From assembly GCF_009914755.1 (NCBI RefSeq), contig NC_060947.1: a stretch of 64,000 nt of DNA, one strand, 5' to 3'. This DNA is from the human T2T-CHM13v2.0 reference genome, Homo sapiens. A model generated the notes under the pieces. That model was not told where the DNA came from. It saw only the letters and a list, made by a program, of their open reading frames with translations, and did no database searches. A program made the position numbers and the translations under genes. Each line of letters opens with the position of its first letter. Within the stretch, counting starts at the first letter, position 1. This document shows, piece after piece, positions 1 through 20,450 of the stretch.

Positions 1-299
1 GATTGGTATTCAGCCAAAGGCTCAAGGAAATGCCTATCCTGATTTATGGAACTTTTTCTCCATGTAGTTCCCTTCTCTCAAGCACTCTACCCTGAAATTT
101 ATTGCCTCCCTGAACTGTCATTTTTTTTTTTTTGTCTCCTCAACTCAAAGAGATCCCAAAGTTTTGTTTTCATTGTCCCTCCTTATGTAGTAATCTTGGG
201 GTTACTTCCCAGTAGCAAGCTTAGGTGACTTTAGGGTTCACATCTTATGTTTCTGTTTTCTAAGTGATTATTTGTTTGTGCTCTATTTGGGTGGAAAAT

Positions 300-927
300 A
301 GTTATTTTCTATATTTTCTCCAGTTTTCTAGTTTTTTACAGTGAAAAAAAGTTATTCTGGACTTACTACCTCGTTGACAGAAGAAATTACACTCATGAAT
401 AGAAGCAGAAGTAAGAGTAACCTTCATTTTTGGGGGAACAAATTCTAGTTTGGTACTTGTTTTAACACTTCAAATATGTCATTAAATTGTGAGGCATGTT
501 GTTGCTATTTTGTAGGTTAATTGTTAATGTGTCTTCTTTCTTGCTGCTTTAAAAATGTATCTCTTTGTCTTTCATTTTTATTTGTTTTACTAGAATATTT
601 CTAGGTGGCATTCTTTGAATTTGCCCTGCTTGGCATTCATAGAGTTTCATGATTCTGGAACTTCCTGACTTTCATCAGTTCTGGAAAAAGGTAGCCAGAT
701 CTCTTAAAACATTTTTTCTGTCCTGTTCTCTTTCTCCTCCTTGTCAGATTCCAATTACACACATGCTAGATCGTTTTACTATATCACAAGTTCCATGCTC
801 TTTTATATATATATATCCATCCTATTTTCCCTCCATTTTCTCATTTAATGGACCTATCTTCTGCTTTACTAATCTTCTCTTCTGTTGTGTCTAATGTGCT
901 TTTAAAACCATCTGATTGAGATATTGA
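300..927 (-). mobile_element. Ancient L1M (L1MC/ME-type) ORF1/5'-region fragment, left part; host of the L1PA insertion
   Basis: T-rich degenerate sequence resembling the antisense of an old L1 ORF1 region (e.g. 541-660); similar sequence resumes after the TSD at 7612-7624. Boundaries approximate. Confidence 0.5.
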
Positions 928-940
928 TTTCAAATATTTT

Positions 941-7611
<6,671 letters not shown>

Positions 7612-7624
7612 TTTCAAATATTTT

Positions 7625-8740
7625 ATTGTTTGGTGCTTTAATCTTAATTTGTAATATAGATTCCAGTTTTCTACTACATTTTTTTGTTTTCTTTTCATAT
7701 TTTGAATACATTAATCATAATTATTTTATTAGCCTTGCTTTTTTATTAAAATGTAACATTCATATATTAAATATACAAAGTACACTAATCCCAACTGTTT
7801 ATGGATATATGGTTTGTTTCTACTTTTAGTTATGAATCAAGCTGCAATGAACTTTGTTATTTATGTATTTTGTTATATATACACTGATTTATTTTGAGTA
7901 AATACATAGGCTCATGGGGCAGGCATAATCAAAGTTATTTTAAAGTGTCTGGAAATTCAAATATATAAATCACTTGGTGTGCTTCTATTGTGTAGTTTTA
8001 TCTCATGGTTTTATCTCATTTGGTCCTACATTGTTCAAAGATGACTAATTTTAGATTGCATGCTGGATAGTGTATATAAAAACTTGGTGATAATCTGGAT
8101 GCTATCTTATTCTAGGTAGAATTTGCCCTCCTATAGTTAGAAGGACAAAACACCTTGATTCAATTAGGAACTGAGATGGTTTTAGGCTTGTCATCAGGCA
8201 TTTTGACAGCTGGTCTATTTCTGGTTTGCCCTTTAATTATCTCAACTAAAATCCTGAGGATTTTCCTGGGCTCCTCTTCCTTGGCAAGCCCTAAATTTTA
8301 ATTGTTATTTATTTTGTTTTTCGACAGTACTATTAGTTCTGCCTCCTTCTCTGTAGTTCACTTTTATTCTTAATATATTAATTCTGGTTTTTGTCTCTCT
8401 TAATATCTTAAGATATTAAGTCTGGTTTTTGTTAAGACTGCTGAACACTTTATAATATGAATTTATTTTTAACTTACATGTCCCACGTAAGTATGAGCAA
8501 ATACCCCCAAATAACAACAGCATCAGGTATGGTTTGGCTCACCTCAGTGTTTCCCCTCTCTCTGGGATTTCAGTCTCCCACGTCCTAGATGCCTGATTGC
8601 TCTCTGATGCCTTCACGCAAGTAAGAATTTTGGTTTGGTTTGGACTGGTTCGTTTTCATCCAGTGTTTACAAGTGTTTTCAGTGAGAAAGTTAATATGAT
8701 AGAAATTGCGTCATTATAGCCAGAGGTGGAGGTCCTTGGC
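7625..8740 (-). mobile_element. Ancient L1M 5'-region fragment(s), right part of the host element
   Basis: Degenerate T-rich sequence continuing the 300-927 fragment; family assignment by resemblance only. Confidence 0.35.
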
Positions 8741-9121
8741 TTCTACTGATTTTTACTTCTGCTATTTTAATTCAACTTTTCCTCTATATAAGTTACATTT
8801 AACTATCCAGATGATAACAAAGTCCAAGAAGTGACTGTGATAGTGGCTAAATCAAAATGTCTACATCTGGACATATAACATTAGTAAATAACCATTGCAC
8901 CTTACTATCTTGCATTTCATATTTATGTCTCTACGCAAGGGTACAAGTAAGATCACTTGCCTATTATTTGAGCCAAATAGTAGCTTGGTCAGAGTTTTTA
9001 AAAAATGGTTTACCAAAAATATTCATCTTTTTTTTTTCTCAAGTGTTACTAGCATAACTTTAAAAGTAGGTACTAAAAGAGGCTCTTAGTAGTATGAGTA
9101 GGAAGTTGGTTTCTCACATTA

Positions 9122-9375
9122 TATTGCAGTCATTAAGAACTTGAGCTCTGGAGTCAGATTGCTTACGTTAGATTCTAAACTTTTCAACATCCTGGTTGTG
9201 TGATCTTGGCAAATTTACCTAACATTCCTGTGTCTCATTTTGCTTACTCCTCACCTATATAGTGGGGATAATAATCATACTTACCTCTTTGAAGATTATG
9301 TGAACTAGCATATTTAAATTACTTAGAACTGTACCCAGAACATTTTTAAAAAGTCGATAAATGATAGCTATCATT
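9122..9375 (+). mobile_element. MIR SINE
   Basis: GCTCTGGAGTCAGA ... TGTGTGATCTTGGCAAATTTACCTAAC..CTGTGTCTCATTTT MIR core; ends GATAAATGATAGCTA. Confidence 0.8.
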
Positions 9376-10522
9376 ATTTTATATTCTGAAGTCCCACTGG
9401 AATGAAATAACTTACATTCTGCTCATTTCTTCCTTTTTTATTCTTCACATTGTCTTTCCTTCTTTTTTATAATGATGTTTTTTAATGTTTATGTTTATTA
9501 TTTTACTGAAATATACATTTTTGAAACAACTTTTGACTTTTATTATTATGTATTCTTTCACAGTCTTAATAATACATACATATGTTCATGTTGTTGCTAA
9601 TTCGTGTTCACAAGTCCTGCAAAAAAAGAAAAAATTCTGCCACATGATTAAAGTAAAACAAAACATAACCAAGTTATAGACACAGATACTCCAAAAAGCT
9701 GCTCAGATTAATAGTTCTTGTTATCTTTAAAATTTGTGTTTCAACCAAGTTATGCACATTTTTTCTTATCTATGAATCCAGAAAATTCCTTCAAACTCCA
9801 CCTTCCCACTACTCTTGCAATGTAATTGAATCAAAACAATATATAAATAAGATTGACTCTAACCTAGGAATTCCAAAGAACTACTCTTCTTATTTTATCA
9901 AACTAAGCCATTAATCTTTCACCTAAGGTGTGAGTTGAATCAGTCAGATCTTTCAGAAATAAGACAAATAAACTAGCGCAGTGGAAGCCCTAGGTTGCAT
10001 TTGTTCATGAACCCATAAAAGAGGCGTCCAAAAGTGTTAATGACACAAAAACAATTTTGGAGTTCTCTTCATGTCAGTGGGCAAAAAATAAAGAGTATGT
10101 CATATTCACAATCAGCCCTTGCTTAACTTCCAAGCTGACACTAGCCATGACTCAACTCAAAAGCTCTTTCAGTAAATTAGAGGTGTGATATTCCACACTT
10201 CTTAAACAGTGCATGACAACAATAACTTTGATTGTTTGGGAATAGATTTGCCCTTTATTCTTTCTTTTGGCTTCAAACTTTAGCAAAGATGTTTTAGTTA
10301 AGGTTTTCATTATGAAGTCCATCTCAGAAAGACTTGAGCCTTCCAGTCATTCTTCAGCCTGTTGTTACCTAACTTTGGGCAGCTGCCTGATAAGCCTCTA
10401 TCAAAACCTGGCAGGTCAGTAAGAGTAAGCAAAACACCAGGAAAAGATACCTTTTAATCTTAACCACTCTGAAACAAAGGTTCAATTGGAGAAAAATTGT
10501 GAATCAACTGTGGTTTTCAAGT

Positions 10523-10644
10523 ACAGTAGTCCCCCTTCATCCATGGTTACACTTTTCATGGTTTCAGTTACCCAAGACCAACCACTGTCTGAAAATATTA
10601 AATGGAATATTTCAGAAATAAGTAATCCATAAGTTTTTAAGTTA
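10523..10644 (+). mobile_element. MER44/Tigger7 DNA transposon, left end
   Basis: TA|CAGTAGTCCCCC terminal inverted repeat, then GGTTTCAGTTACCC...GAAAATATTAAATGGAA typical of MER44. Confidence 0.85.
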
Positions 10645-12444
10645 CAATTTTATTTTTATTTAATGTTTTAAATTGACACATAATAATTTTACATATTTAT
10701 GAGGTACAATGTGATGTTTCAATATATGTATACATTGTGTAATTATTAAATTGAGTAATTAGTATATCCATCACCTCAAACATTTATCATTTCTTTGTGG
10801 TGGGAACATAAAAATTCCTCTCATCTATCTATTTGGAGGTATACAATACCATATTATTGACCATAGTCACCCCACTATGCAATAAGACACCAGAAATTCT
10901 TTTTCCTTTCTAATTGCAACTTTGTACCCAAAGGAGTTACTCTCCTCATCTCCCTTCTCTTCCCCAGTTTCTAGTAGCTACTATTCTATTTACTACTTCT
11001 ATGAAATCAACTTTTAAACATTATTCCTATGATTGAAAATATGTGATATTTGTCTTTCTGTGTCTGGTTTATTTTGTTTAATGTAATGTCCTCCAAGCTC
11101 ATCCATGTTGCCACAAATGACAGAATTTTATTCTTCTTTATGGCTAAATAGTATTCCATTGTTTATATATACCACATTTTCTTATCCATTCATTCATTGT
11201 TGAGCACTTAGCTTGATTCCGTATTGTGGCTATTGTGAATAGTACTGCAGTAAATATGGCAGGGCAGATATCTCTTCAACATACTGATTGCATTTCCTTT
11301 GGATATATACCCAGTAGTGAGATTATTGGATCATACGATAGTTCTATTTTTAGTTTTTTGAGGAACTTCCATAGTGTTCCTCGAATGGCTGTACTAATTT
11401 ACATTTCCAAAGAAGTGTGTAATAGTTCCCATTTCTTCATATGCTTGCCAACACTTGTTATCTGTTGTCTTTTTTATATTAGCAGTTCTAATTGGAATGA
11501 GGTGATATGACATTGTGGTTTTAATTTGTAATTCTCTGATGATTAGTGATGTTGAGAATTTTTATATACTTTACTATGGTTTGAGTTTGTCCCCACCAAA
11601 ACTCATAATAAAATTTGATCCCCAGTGTGGCAGTGTTTGGAGGTAGTGCCTAATAGGAATGTTTGGGTCATGAGGGTGGATTTCTCATGAATGTCTTGCT
11701 GCTGTTTTCATACTAATGAGTTCTTGCTCTCTTGAGACTGGATTGGTTTTTACAGGAATGTTCCCACAAGAGTGGGTTGCTTTAAAGCCAGGACACTCCT
11801 TGAATTTTGATTCTTTGCATGTGTCCACTTTCCCTTAAACCATCTTTGCCATGTTATGACACAGCATGAAGGCTCTCACCAAAAGGCGGGACCATGACCT
11901 TGAACTTCCCAGCATGCAGAACTGTGAGCTGAATAAACCTCTTTTCCTTATATATATTTACCCAATCTCAGGCATTGTGTTACAGCAACACAAAATGGAC
12001 TAAGGCATACCTCTTGGCCATTTTTATGTCTTAATTTGAAAAATGTTTATTAAGGCCTTTTGCCTATTTTTAAATCCAATTATTTAGGGATTTTTTGTTT
12101 GTTTGCTATTGAGTTGTTTGAGTTCCTTATATATTCTGGATATTAACCTTTTTTTCAGATGTATAGTTTGCAAATATTTTCCCCCATGTGGTAGGTTGTT
12201 TTCACCTTGCTGATTGTTTCCTCTGTGGTGTAGAAGCTTTCAAGTTTTATATAATCCCATCTGTCTATTTTTGCTTCTGTTGCCTGTGCTTTTGAGGTCT
12301 TACCCAAAGTATCATTGTCCAGTCCAGTGTCATGAAGTATTTTCCCTATGATTTCTGCTAGTAGCTTCACAGTTTTGAATCATACATTTAAGCCTATAAT
12401 CCACTTTGAGTTTATTTTTGTCTGTAGTCATAGGTCGGGATCCA
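10645..12444 (-). mobile_element. 5'-truncated L1MA (L1MA5/6-like) inserted in MER44/Tigger7 and interrupted by an MST LTR
   Basis: L1MA-type 3' UTR (antisense) from about 10665; ORF2 C-terminal remnant 12155-12370 'AKIDRWDYIKLESFYT'. Confidence 0.85.
11572..12007. mobile_element. MaLR solo LTR (MSTB-like)
   Basis: Starts TACTATGGTTTGAG..CCCCACCAAAACTCAT, ends AGCAACACAAAATGGACTAAGGCA; 5-bp TSD TACTT (11567-11571) / TACCT (12008-12012). Confidence 0.88.
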
Positions 12445-12703
12445 GTTAGCATGACAAAAATCCACACTTTATATCCTACCCACTTATTAGTTACTTAGTA
12501 GCCCTGTCAGTTATTGGATTAACTGTCTAAATATCACAGTGCTTATGTTCAAGTAACCCAAGTTTTACTAAATAATGGCCACAAGTTGCAAGAGTAGCGA
12601 TGCTGGCTATTTGAATATGACAAAGAGAAGCCTCAAAATGTTTCCTTTAACTGAAAAAATGAAAGTTCTCTACTTAATAAGAAAAAAAAATCATATGTTG
12701 AGG
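12445..12703 (+). mobile_element. MER44/Tigger7 continuation including a decayed transposase start
   Basis: GTGCTTATGTTCAAGTAACCC...TAATGGCCACAAG...AAAGTTCTCTACTTAATAAG matches the Tigger7/MER44B-C internal segment; no right terminal repeat seen. Confidence 0.8.
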
Positions 12704-12723
12704 GGTTTTGGTATTAATTTTGT

Positions 12724-13115
12724 ACTCAGTTATCTCTTATACATCTCTTGACAAAATGCCTGAAATTACTCCCTTAAAGATTCACTCCTTTGAGTTTAAA
12801 TTTTCTGTTATTGACCAAAGTCCCTCACTTACCTGGAGGAAGTTACCTTTTCTGCTTGTGTATAATTTAAGCTGTGACTATGACCTTCTTCACTTGAAAA
12901 TATAGCAATGCAGTTATTTAACAGAATGGAATGAGTGAGAGAAGGAAGATGAAAAAAAGTGAAAGATAATGAATGGTTGCTGATGGGCCCCATACTAGCA
13001 AAGATGTTCTTGCTAGTGTTCCTAACTCAGTTATCTCTCATGCATCTCTTGACAAAATGCCTAAAATTTCTCTCTTACAGATTCACTCCATTGAGTTTAA
13101 ATTCTCTGTTATTGA
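12724..13115 (+). repeat. 91-bp direct repeat pair (12724-12814 and 13025-13115)
   Basis: Manual alignment gives 8 mismatches over 91 nt, no gaps, offset 301 bp. Confidence 0.92.
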
Positions 13116-13224
13116 ATATTCCCTGTTAAACTACAACTTCCTCTTCTCTCTTCAAAGTAACTGCTAAGGCATTTCCAGCCACTAATACCTTGTTGTGACA
13201 CAGTACTTCAGATTAGTCAGTTAT

Positions 13225-13514
13225 GGGCCCGGCGCGGTGGCTCATACCTGTAATCCCAGCACTTTGGGAGGCCGAGGCGGACAGATCACTTGAGGCCAGG
13301 AGTTAGAGACCAGCCTGGCCATCATGACGAAACCCTTTCTCTACTAAAAATACAAAAATTAGGCTGGCATGGTGGCGCCTACCTGTAATCCCAGCTACTC
13401 GGGTGGCTGAGGCACGAGAATCGAGAATCGCTTGTTGCAGTGAGCCAAGATCGAGATGGCACCACTGTACTCCGGCCTGGGCCACAGAGTGAGACTCTGT
13501 CAAAAAAAAAAAAA
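13225..13514 (+). mobile_element. AluS with a rearranged right arm
   Basis: GGCCCGGCGCGGTGGCTCA start, central A-linker, A-tail 13502-13514. Confidence 0.93.
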
Positions 13515-13714
13515 TTAATTATTTGTTAGAATTGAGGGAATAGGATGACAGATAGGTAGGCTTTGATGGGACAGTGACAGGTTCAGATAGTAGCAGCTAT
13601 GGAAGAAAGGCAGTCCCAGGTAGATAATGGAGCCTTGACTCCTCAAGAAGGAGATGGAAAGGGGAGATAGACAATTTCACAATCTTTTCAAAGGTTAAGT
13701 CTGAGGATAACAAC

Positions 13715-13830
13715 CCCTTCCTGCTCCACCATTAGATTCTGATTTAATTGATCTGGAGAAGGGCCCAGTCACCTGTAGTTTTCAACATTTTTCAGGTGAT
13801 TAAAGTACGGTCAGATTTGAGAATCATTGC
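13715..13830. mobile_element. MER5-like hAT-Charlie fragment
   Basis: AGATTCTGATTTAATTGATCTGG...CAGGTGATT...TTTGAGAATCATTG resembles MER5. Confidence 0.6.
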
Positions 13831-16800
13831 TTCAAATGGGACCACAAAGAAAGCTAGGTGAATCTCAGAGAATGCTTAGAATGTAAGCATATCCCTCTCC
13901 AGTTAGGGGATTTAGTGCATTGATGCGAAGGTGGTCTGCAGAACTCTGCAATCTTATTCCACCTGCAGCTTAACTCTGTGTAGGAGGACACAGTGGTCCA
14001 AACATTCTATTTACTCAGCTCTTTGTAGGCAAGTGGAATCAAGCCATAAATTGCTATCCAGATGTTCCAAAGTAGTCATTACGTTCTAAAAATGGCAGTT
14101 ATTGGTGAATTAGATAAAGAAAATATAGTAAAAAATATTTTAACTGCCTACTTGAATAAGAAATAAACTTTAAAATATGTTTACTCTAATTGCATGCTTT
14201 CTAAATTATTGATTTTCTGTCATTTTAAAATGCCACAAATTAGACATTATTTTTAATTTTGCAAACTGCTTATTTATACTTATCTAATTATTTACCAAAT
14301 TTCTTGATCGTCATTCCTTCTTGCATCACTGACTTTCCTTCTGGGATTACTTTCATTCTAAAGGATATACTGGACTATATTCTTTAGAAGTTCCTTTAGT
14401 GAAGGTCTATTGGGGTAAATTATTCAGAGGTGTTTATTTCACACTTGTTTTTCCCAGTTTTTAATTTTTATTTTTGTAGGTATATAGTATGTGTATATGT
14501 TTATGGAGTACATGAGATATTTTCATAGTCATATAATGTGTAATAATCATATCAGGGTAAATGGGGTGTCAATCACCTCAAGAACTTATCTTTTCTTTGT
14601 GTTACAAATAATGCAATTATACTCTTTTTGTTATTTTTAATGTACAATAAATTATTGTTGACTGTAGTAACTCTGTTGTACTATCAACTACTATATCTCA
14701 TTTATTCTATCTAACTATATAATATTTTGTACCAATTAACCATCCTCATTCCCTCCCACCCCACTACACTTCCCAGCCTCTGGTAACCATCATTCTACTC
14801 TCTATCTCTATGTGTTCCATGGTTTGAATTTTTAATTTCTACAAATAAGTGAGAACATGTGAAGTTCGTCTTTCTCTGTCTGGCATATTTCACTTAACAT
14901 AACGACTGCCAATTCAATCCATGTTGTTACAAATGACAAGATCTCATTCTTTTTATGGCTGAATAGTACTCCATTGTGTATATTACCAAATTTTCTTTCT
15001 TAATACTTCTGTTGATGAACATTTAGATTGCTTCCAAATATTGGCTATTGTGAATAGTGCTGCAATAAACAAGTGAGTGCAGATATTTCTTCAATATACT
15101 AATTTCTTTCTTTTTGGGCATATACCTAGCAGTGGGATTTCTGGATCATGTGGTAGTCCTATTTTTAGTTTTTTGCAGAGCCTCCAAACTGTTCTCCATA
15201 GTGGTTGTATTAATTTACATTCCCACCTTTTTCCTATATCCTTGCCAGCATTTGTTATTGCCTGTCTTATTGAAAAAAAGGCATTTTTACCAGAGGGAGA
15301 TAATATTTTATTGTAGTTTTTATTTGCATTTCTGATGATCAATGATACTGAGCACCTTTTCATATGCCTGTTTAACATTTGTATATCTTCTGTTGAGAAA
15401 TGCTTATTCAAATATTTTGTCCATTTTTTGATCTGATTAAATATTTTTTCCTATAGAGTTGTCAGATTGATAATTTGCAAATATTTTCTTCCATTCTGTG
15501 GGTTGTCTGTTCACTTTGTTGATTGTTTCTTCTATTTTGCAGAAGCTTTTTAACTTGATGTGATCCAATTTGTCCATTTTTGCTTTGGTTGGCTGTGTTT
15601 GTAGAGTATTACTCAAAAAACAGAGTCCAATGTCCTGGAAAGTTTCCCCAGTGTTTTCTTTAAGTGGTTTCATAGTTAGAGGTCTTAGATTTAAGTATTT
15701 AATTCACTTTTATTTGATTCCAGTGTATGGAAAAATATAGAGGTCTAGTTTCACTTTTCTACATATAAATAACCAGTTTTCCCAGCACTCTTTATTGAAA
15801 AGACTGTCCTTTCCCCAATGTATTCTTGGCACTTTTGTCAAAAATGAGTTCACTGTAAATATATACATTTGTTTCTGGGTTCTCTATTCTATTTCATTCA
15901 CTATGTGCCTGTTTTTATGCGAGTACCCTGCTGTTTTGGTTACTATAGCTCTGTAGTATAATTTGAAGTCAGGTAATGTGATTTCTCTAGTTTTGTTCTT
16001 TTTGCTCAGGATAGCTTTTGCTATTGTGGGTCTTTTGTGGTTCCGTATACTTTTTGGATTATTTTTTCTATTTCTGTAAAGAATTTAATTGGCATTTTGA
16101 TAGGGCTTACATTGAATATGTACCTTGCTTTGGGTATTAAGACATTTTAACAGTGTTGATTCTTCCAATACATGAACATGAAATATATTTTCATTTTCTT
16201 GGACCCTCTTCAATTTCTTGCATCAGTATTTTATAGTTTTTATTGTAGAGATCTTTCACATCTTTGGTTAATTCTCATATATTTTATTTGTAGCTATTGT
16301 ATATGGGATTAATATCTTGATTTTCTTTTTTAGGTTGTTCGCTGTCGGCATACAGAAATGCTGATTTTATATGTTCATATTGTACCCTGCAAATTTACTA
16401 AACTTGTTTATCTGCTCTAAATAGTTTTTTGTTTGAGTCTTTAGGTTTTTCCAAATAAAAGATTATATCTGCAAACAAGGATGATTTGGCTGCTTCTTTT
16501 TGAATTTGGATGCCCTTTATTTCTTTCTCTCATTTGACTGCTGTATCTATAACTTTCAGTTCTATATTGAATAACTGGTGAAAGTGGATATACTTTTCTT
16601 GTTGCATACCTTAGAGGAAGGGCTTTCAGTTTTCCCCGTTCATTATAATACTAGCTGTGGTTTGTCGTACTTTTATTATGTTGAGGCTGTTCCTTCTATA
16701 CCAAGTTTTTTGAGGTATTTTATTACGAAAGGATGCTGAATTTTATCACATGCTTTTTCAGCATTAATTGAAATGGTAATATGGTTTTTGTCCTTCATTC

Positions 16801-19800
16801 TGTTGATATGATGTATCACACTGCTTGACTTGCATATCTTGAACCATCCATTTATCTCTGGGATAAATCCCACTTGGTCATATTTAATCATATTTTTAAT
16901 ATATTGTGGAATTCAGTTGGCTAGTATTTTGCTGAGGATTTTTGCGTTGATGTTCATCGAAGATGTTGGTCTGTAGTTTTTCTCTTTTTTTTGAGGTGTT
17001 TTTGTCTTGTTTTGGTATCAGGGTAATGCTGGCCTCATAGAATGAGTTTGGAAGTATTCCCTCTTCCTCTGCTTTTTAGAATAATTTGAGTAGGATTGGC
17101 ATCTTTTTATTTCTTAAAATGTTTGAAAAACTTCAGCAGTGAAGCCATCAGATCCCCACATTTTGTTTTCTTCAAGACTTTGTATTATGTCTTTGAAATC
17201 ATTTGTTGTTATTCGTCTACTCAGCTTTTGGATTTCTTTATGGTTAAATATTGGTAGCTTGTGTGTGTCTAGGGGTCTATCAGTTTTTCTAGGATTTCCA
17301 ATTTATTGGCATATAGTTGCTCACCAAAGCTTTTAATTATCTTTTGACTTTCTGTAATATCAGTTGTAATGTCTCCTTTTTCATCTCTGATTTTCTTTTT
17401 GTGGGTCCTCTCTTTTTGTCTTAGTCAATTTTATTTATCTTTTGAAAAAGCCAACTTTTCATTTTGTTGATATTTAATATTGTATTCTTCATTTCAATTT
17501 CATTCATTTCTGCTCTGATCTGTATTATTTCTTTTCTTCTAATACTAGGCTTGTTTTGCTCTTGCTTTTCTAGTTCTTTAAGATGCATCATTATATTTAT
17601 TTTACGTTTTCCTATATTTTATGTAGGCACTTATAGCTATACACTTTCCTCTTAGTACTGCTTTTGGTGTATTCCATAGCCTTTGGTATGTTGTGTTTCT
17701 ATTATCATTTGTTTTAAGAAATGTTTTAATTTCATTCTTAATTACTTCATTGACTCACTAGCCATTCAGAGCACATTGTTTAATTTGCATGTATTTGTAT
17801 AGTTTCCAATATTCCTCTTATTACTGATTTTTAGTTGTATTTCATTGTGGTCAGAAAAGATGATTGATATAATTTCAATTCTCTTGAATATTTTAAGACT
17901 TGTTTTCTGGCCTAAAAGGTGGTCTATCCTTGAGAATAATCCATGTGCTGAGGAGAATAATGTGTATTTTGCAGCCATTGGATTAAATATTATTTAAATA
18001 TCTATTAGGTCTCTTTGGTCTATAATGCAGATTAAGTCTGATAATTCTTTATTGACTTTCTGTCTGGTTGATCTGTCTAATGCTGGAAGTGGGGTGTTGA
18101 AGTCTCCAGCTATTATTGTATTAGGATCTGTCTCTATAGGTCAAATAATATTTGCTTTATGTATTTGAGTGCTCCAATATTGGGTGTATATATATTTACA
18201 ATTATGATATCTTCTTGATGGATTGACCACCTTATTATTATATTATGACCTCCTTTGTCTCTTTTTATAGTTTTAGTTTTAAAATCTATTTTGTCTAAGT
18301 ATACTGACACCTGCTCTTTTTTGGTTTCCATTTGCATAGAATGTCTTTTTCCATCCCTTATTTTTCAGCATGTGTTTCTTTATAGGTGACATATGTTTCT
18401 TGTAGGCAAAAGATCATTAGGTCTTTTTTAAAAAATTTATTGAGCCATGCTGTATCTTTTGATTGGATAATTTAGCCCATTTACATTCAATGTTATTATT
18501 AATAGTAAGTACTTATTCCTGCCATTTTGTTATTTGTTTAGTGGTTGTTTTGTGGTCTTCTCTTTCTTCTTTTCCTTCTTGACTTGCTTTTAGTGGAGGT
18601 AATTTTCTTTGATGGTATCCTTTAATTTCTTACTTTTTATTTTTTGTGTATCTGTTGTATGTTTTTTGATTTGAGGTTACCGTGAGTCTTGGAAATATAA
18701 TGATTATTTTAAACTAATGAAAACACAGTTTTGTTATGCTTGTTTGCATAAACAAACAAGCAAAGAGAAAACTAATAAAAACTCTACACTTTATCTTAGT
18801 ACTCACACTTTTAACTTTTTGTTGTTTCTATCTTATCGTACTGTCTATGACTTTAAATGATATTGTAGTTTTTATATTTAGTAAGTTCATTTTTTAGTCT
18901 TCCTACTCAACATATGAATAGTTTATACAACACAATTACAGTGTTATAATATTCTGTGTTTTTCTGTGTATTTACTATTAACAGTGAGTTTTGTAATTTC
19001 AGCTGATTTCTTTTTGCTCATTAACATTATTTTCTTTCAGATTGAAGAACTTTCTTTAGCATTGCTTGTGGCACAGGTCTGGTGTTGAAATTCTTCAGCT
19101 TTTGTCTGGGAAAATATTTCTCCTTTATGTCTGAAGAATAATTTTGTTGGATTTACTATTCTAGACTAAAAGTTTTTTTCTTTCAGCACTTAAATAATGT
19201 CATGCCCCTCTTTCTGGCCTATAAAGTTTGCATTGAGAAGTCTGATGCCAGACTTAATTGGAGTTTATTTGCATGCTGTTTCTTTTCTTTTGCTGCTTTT
19301 AGGATTCTTTCTTTATCTTTGACCTTTGGAAGTTTGAATATTAAATGCCTTGAGGTAGTCTTTTTTGCGTTAAGTCCGCTTGGTGTTTCATAGACTTCTT
19401 GTACTTGGATATTGATAGCTTTCTCTAGATTTGAGAAGTTCTCTATTACTATCCCTTTGAATAAACTTGCTACACCTACCTCTTTCTCTACCTCCTCTTA
19501 AAGGCCAATAATTCTTAGATTTGCCTTTTTGAGGCTATTTTTTAGATCCAGTAGGCATGCTTCATTGCTTTTTATTCTTTTTCTCTTGTCTCCTCTGTGT
19601 ATTTTCAAATAGTCTGTCTTTAAGCTCACTAATTCTTTCTTCTGCTTGATCAAGCCTGCTATTAAAAGACTCTAATGCATTCTTCAGTATGCCAATTGCA
19701 TTTTCAGCTCCATAATTTATTCTTGATTCTTTTTAATTACTATAATCTTTTTGTTAAATGTATCAGATAGAATTCTGAATTCCTCCTCTGTGTTATCTTG

Positions 19801-20061
19801 AATTTATTTGAATTACCTCAATACAGCTATTTTGAATTATCTGTCTGAAATGTCACACATCTTTGTCTCCCCAGGATTTATCCCTGGTGCCATATTTAGT
19901 TCATTTAGTGAGGGCATGTTTTCCTGAATGGTCTTGATGCTTGTTAATGTTCACTGGTATCTAGACATTAAATAATTAGGTATTTATTCTAGTTTTCACA
20001 GTTTAAGCTTGTTTGTACCTATCTTTTTGGGAAGGCTTTCCAGATATTCTAAGGGCCTTGA

Positions 20062-20450
<389 letters not shown>

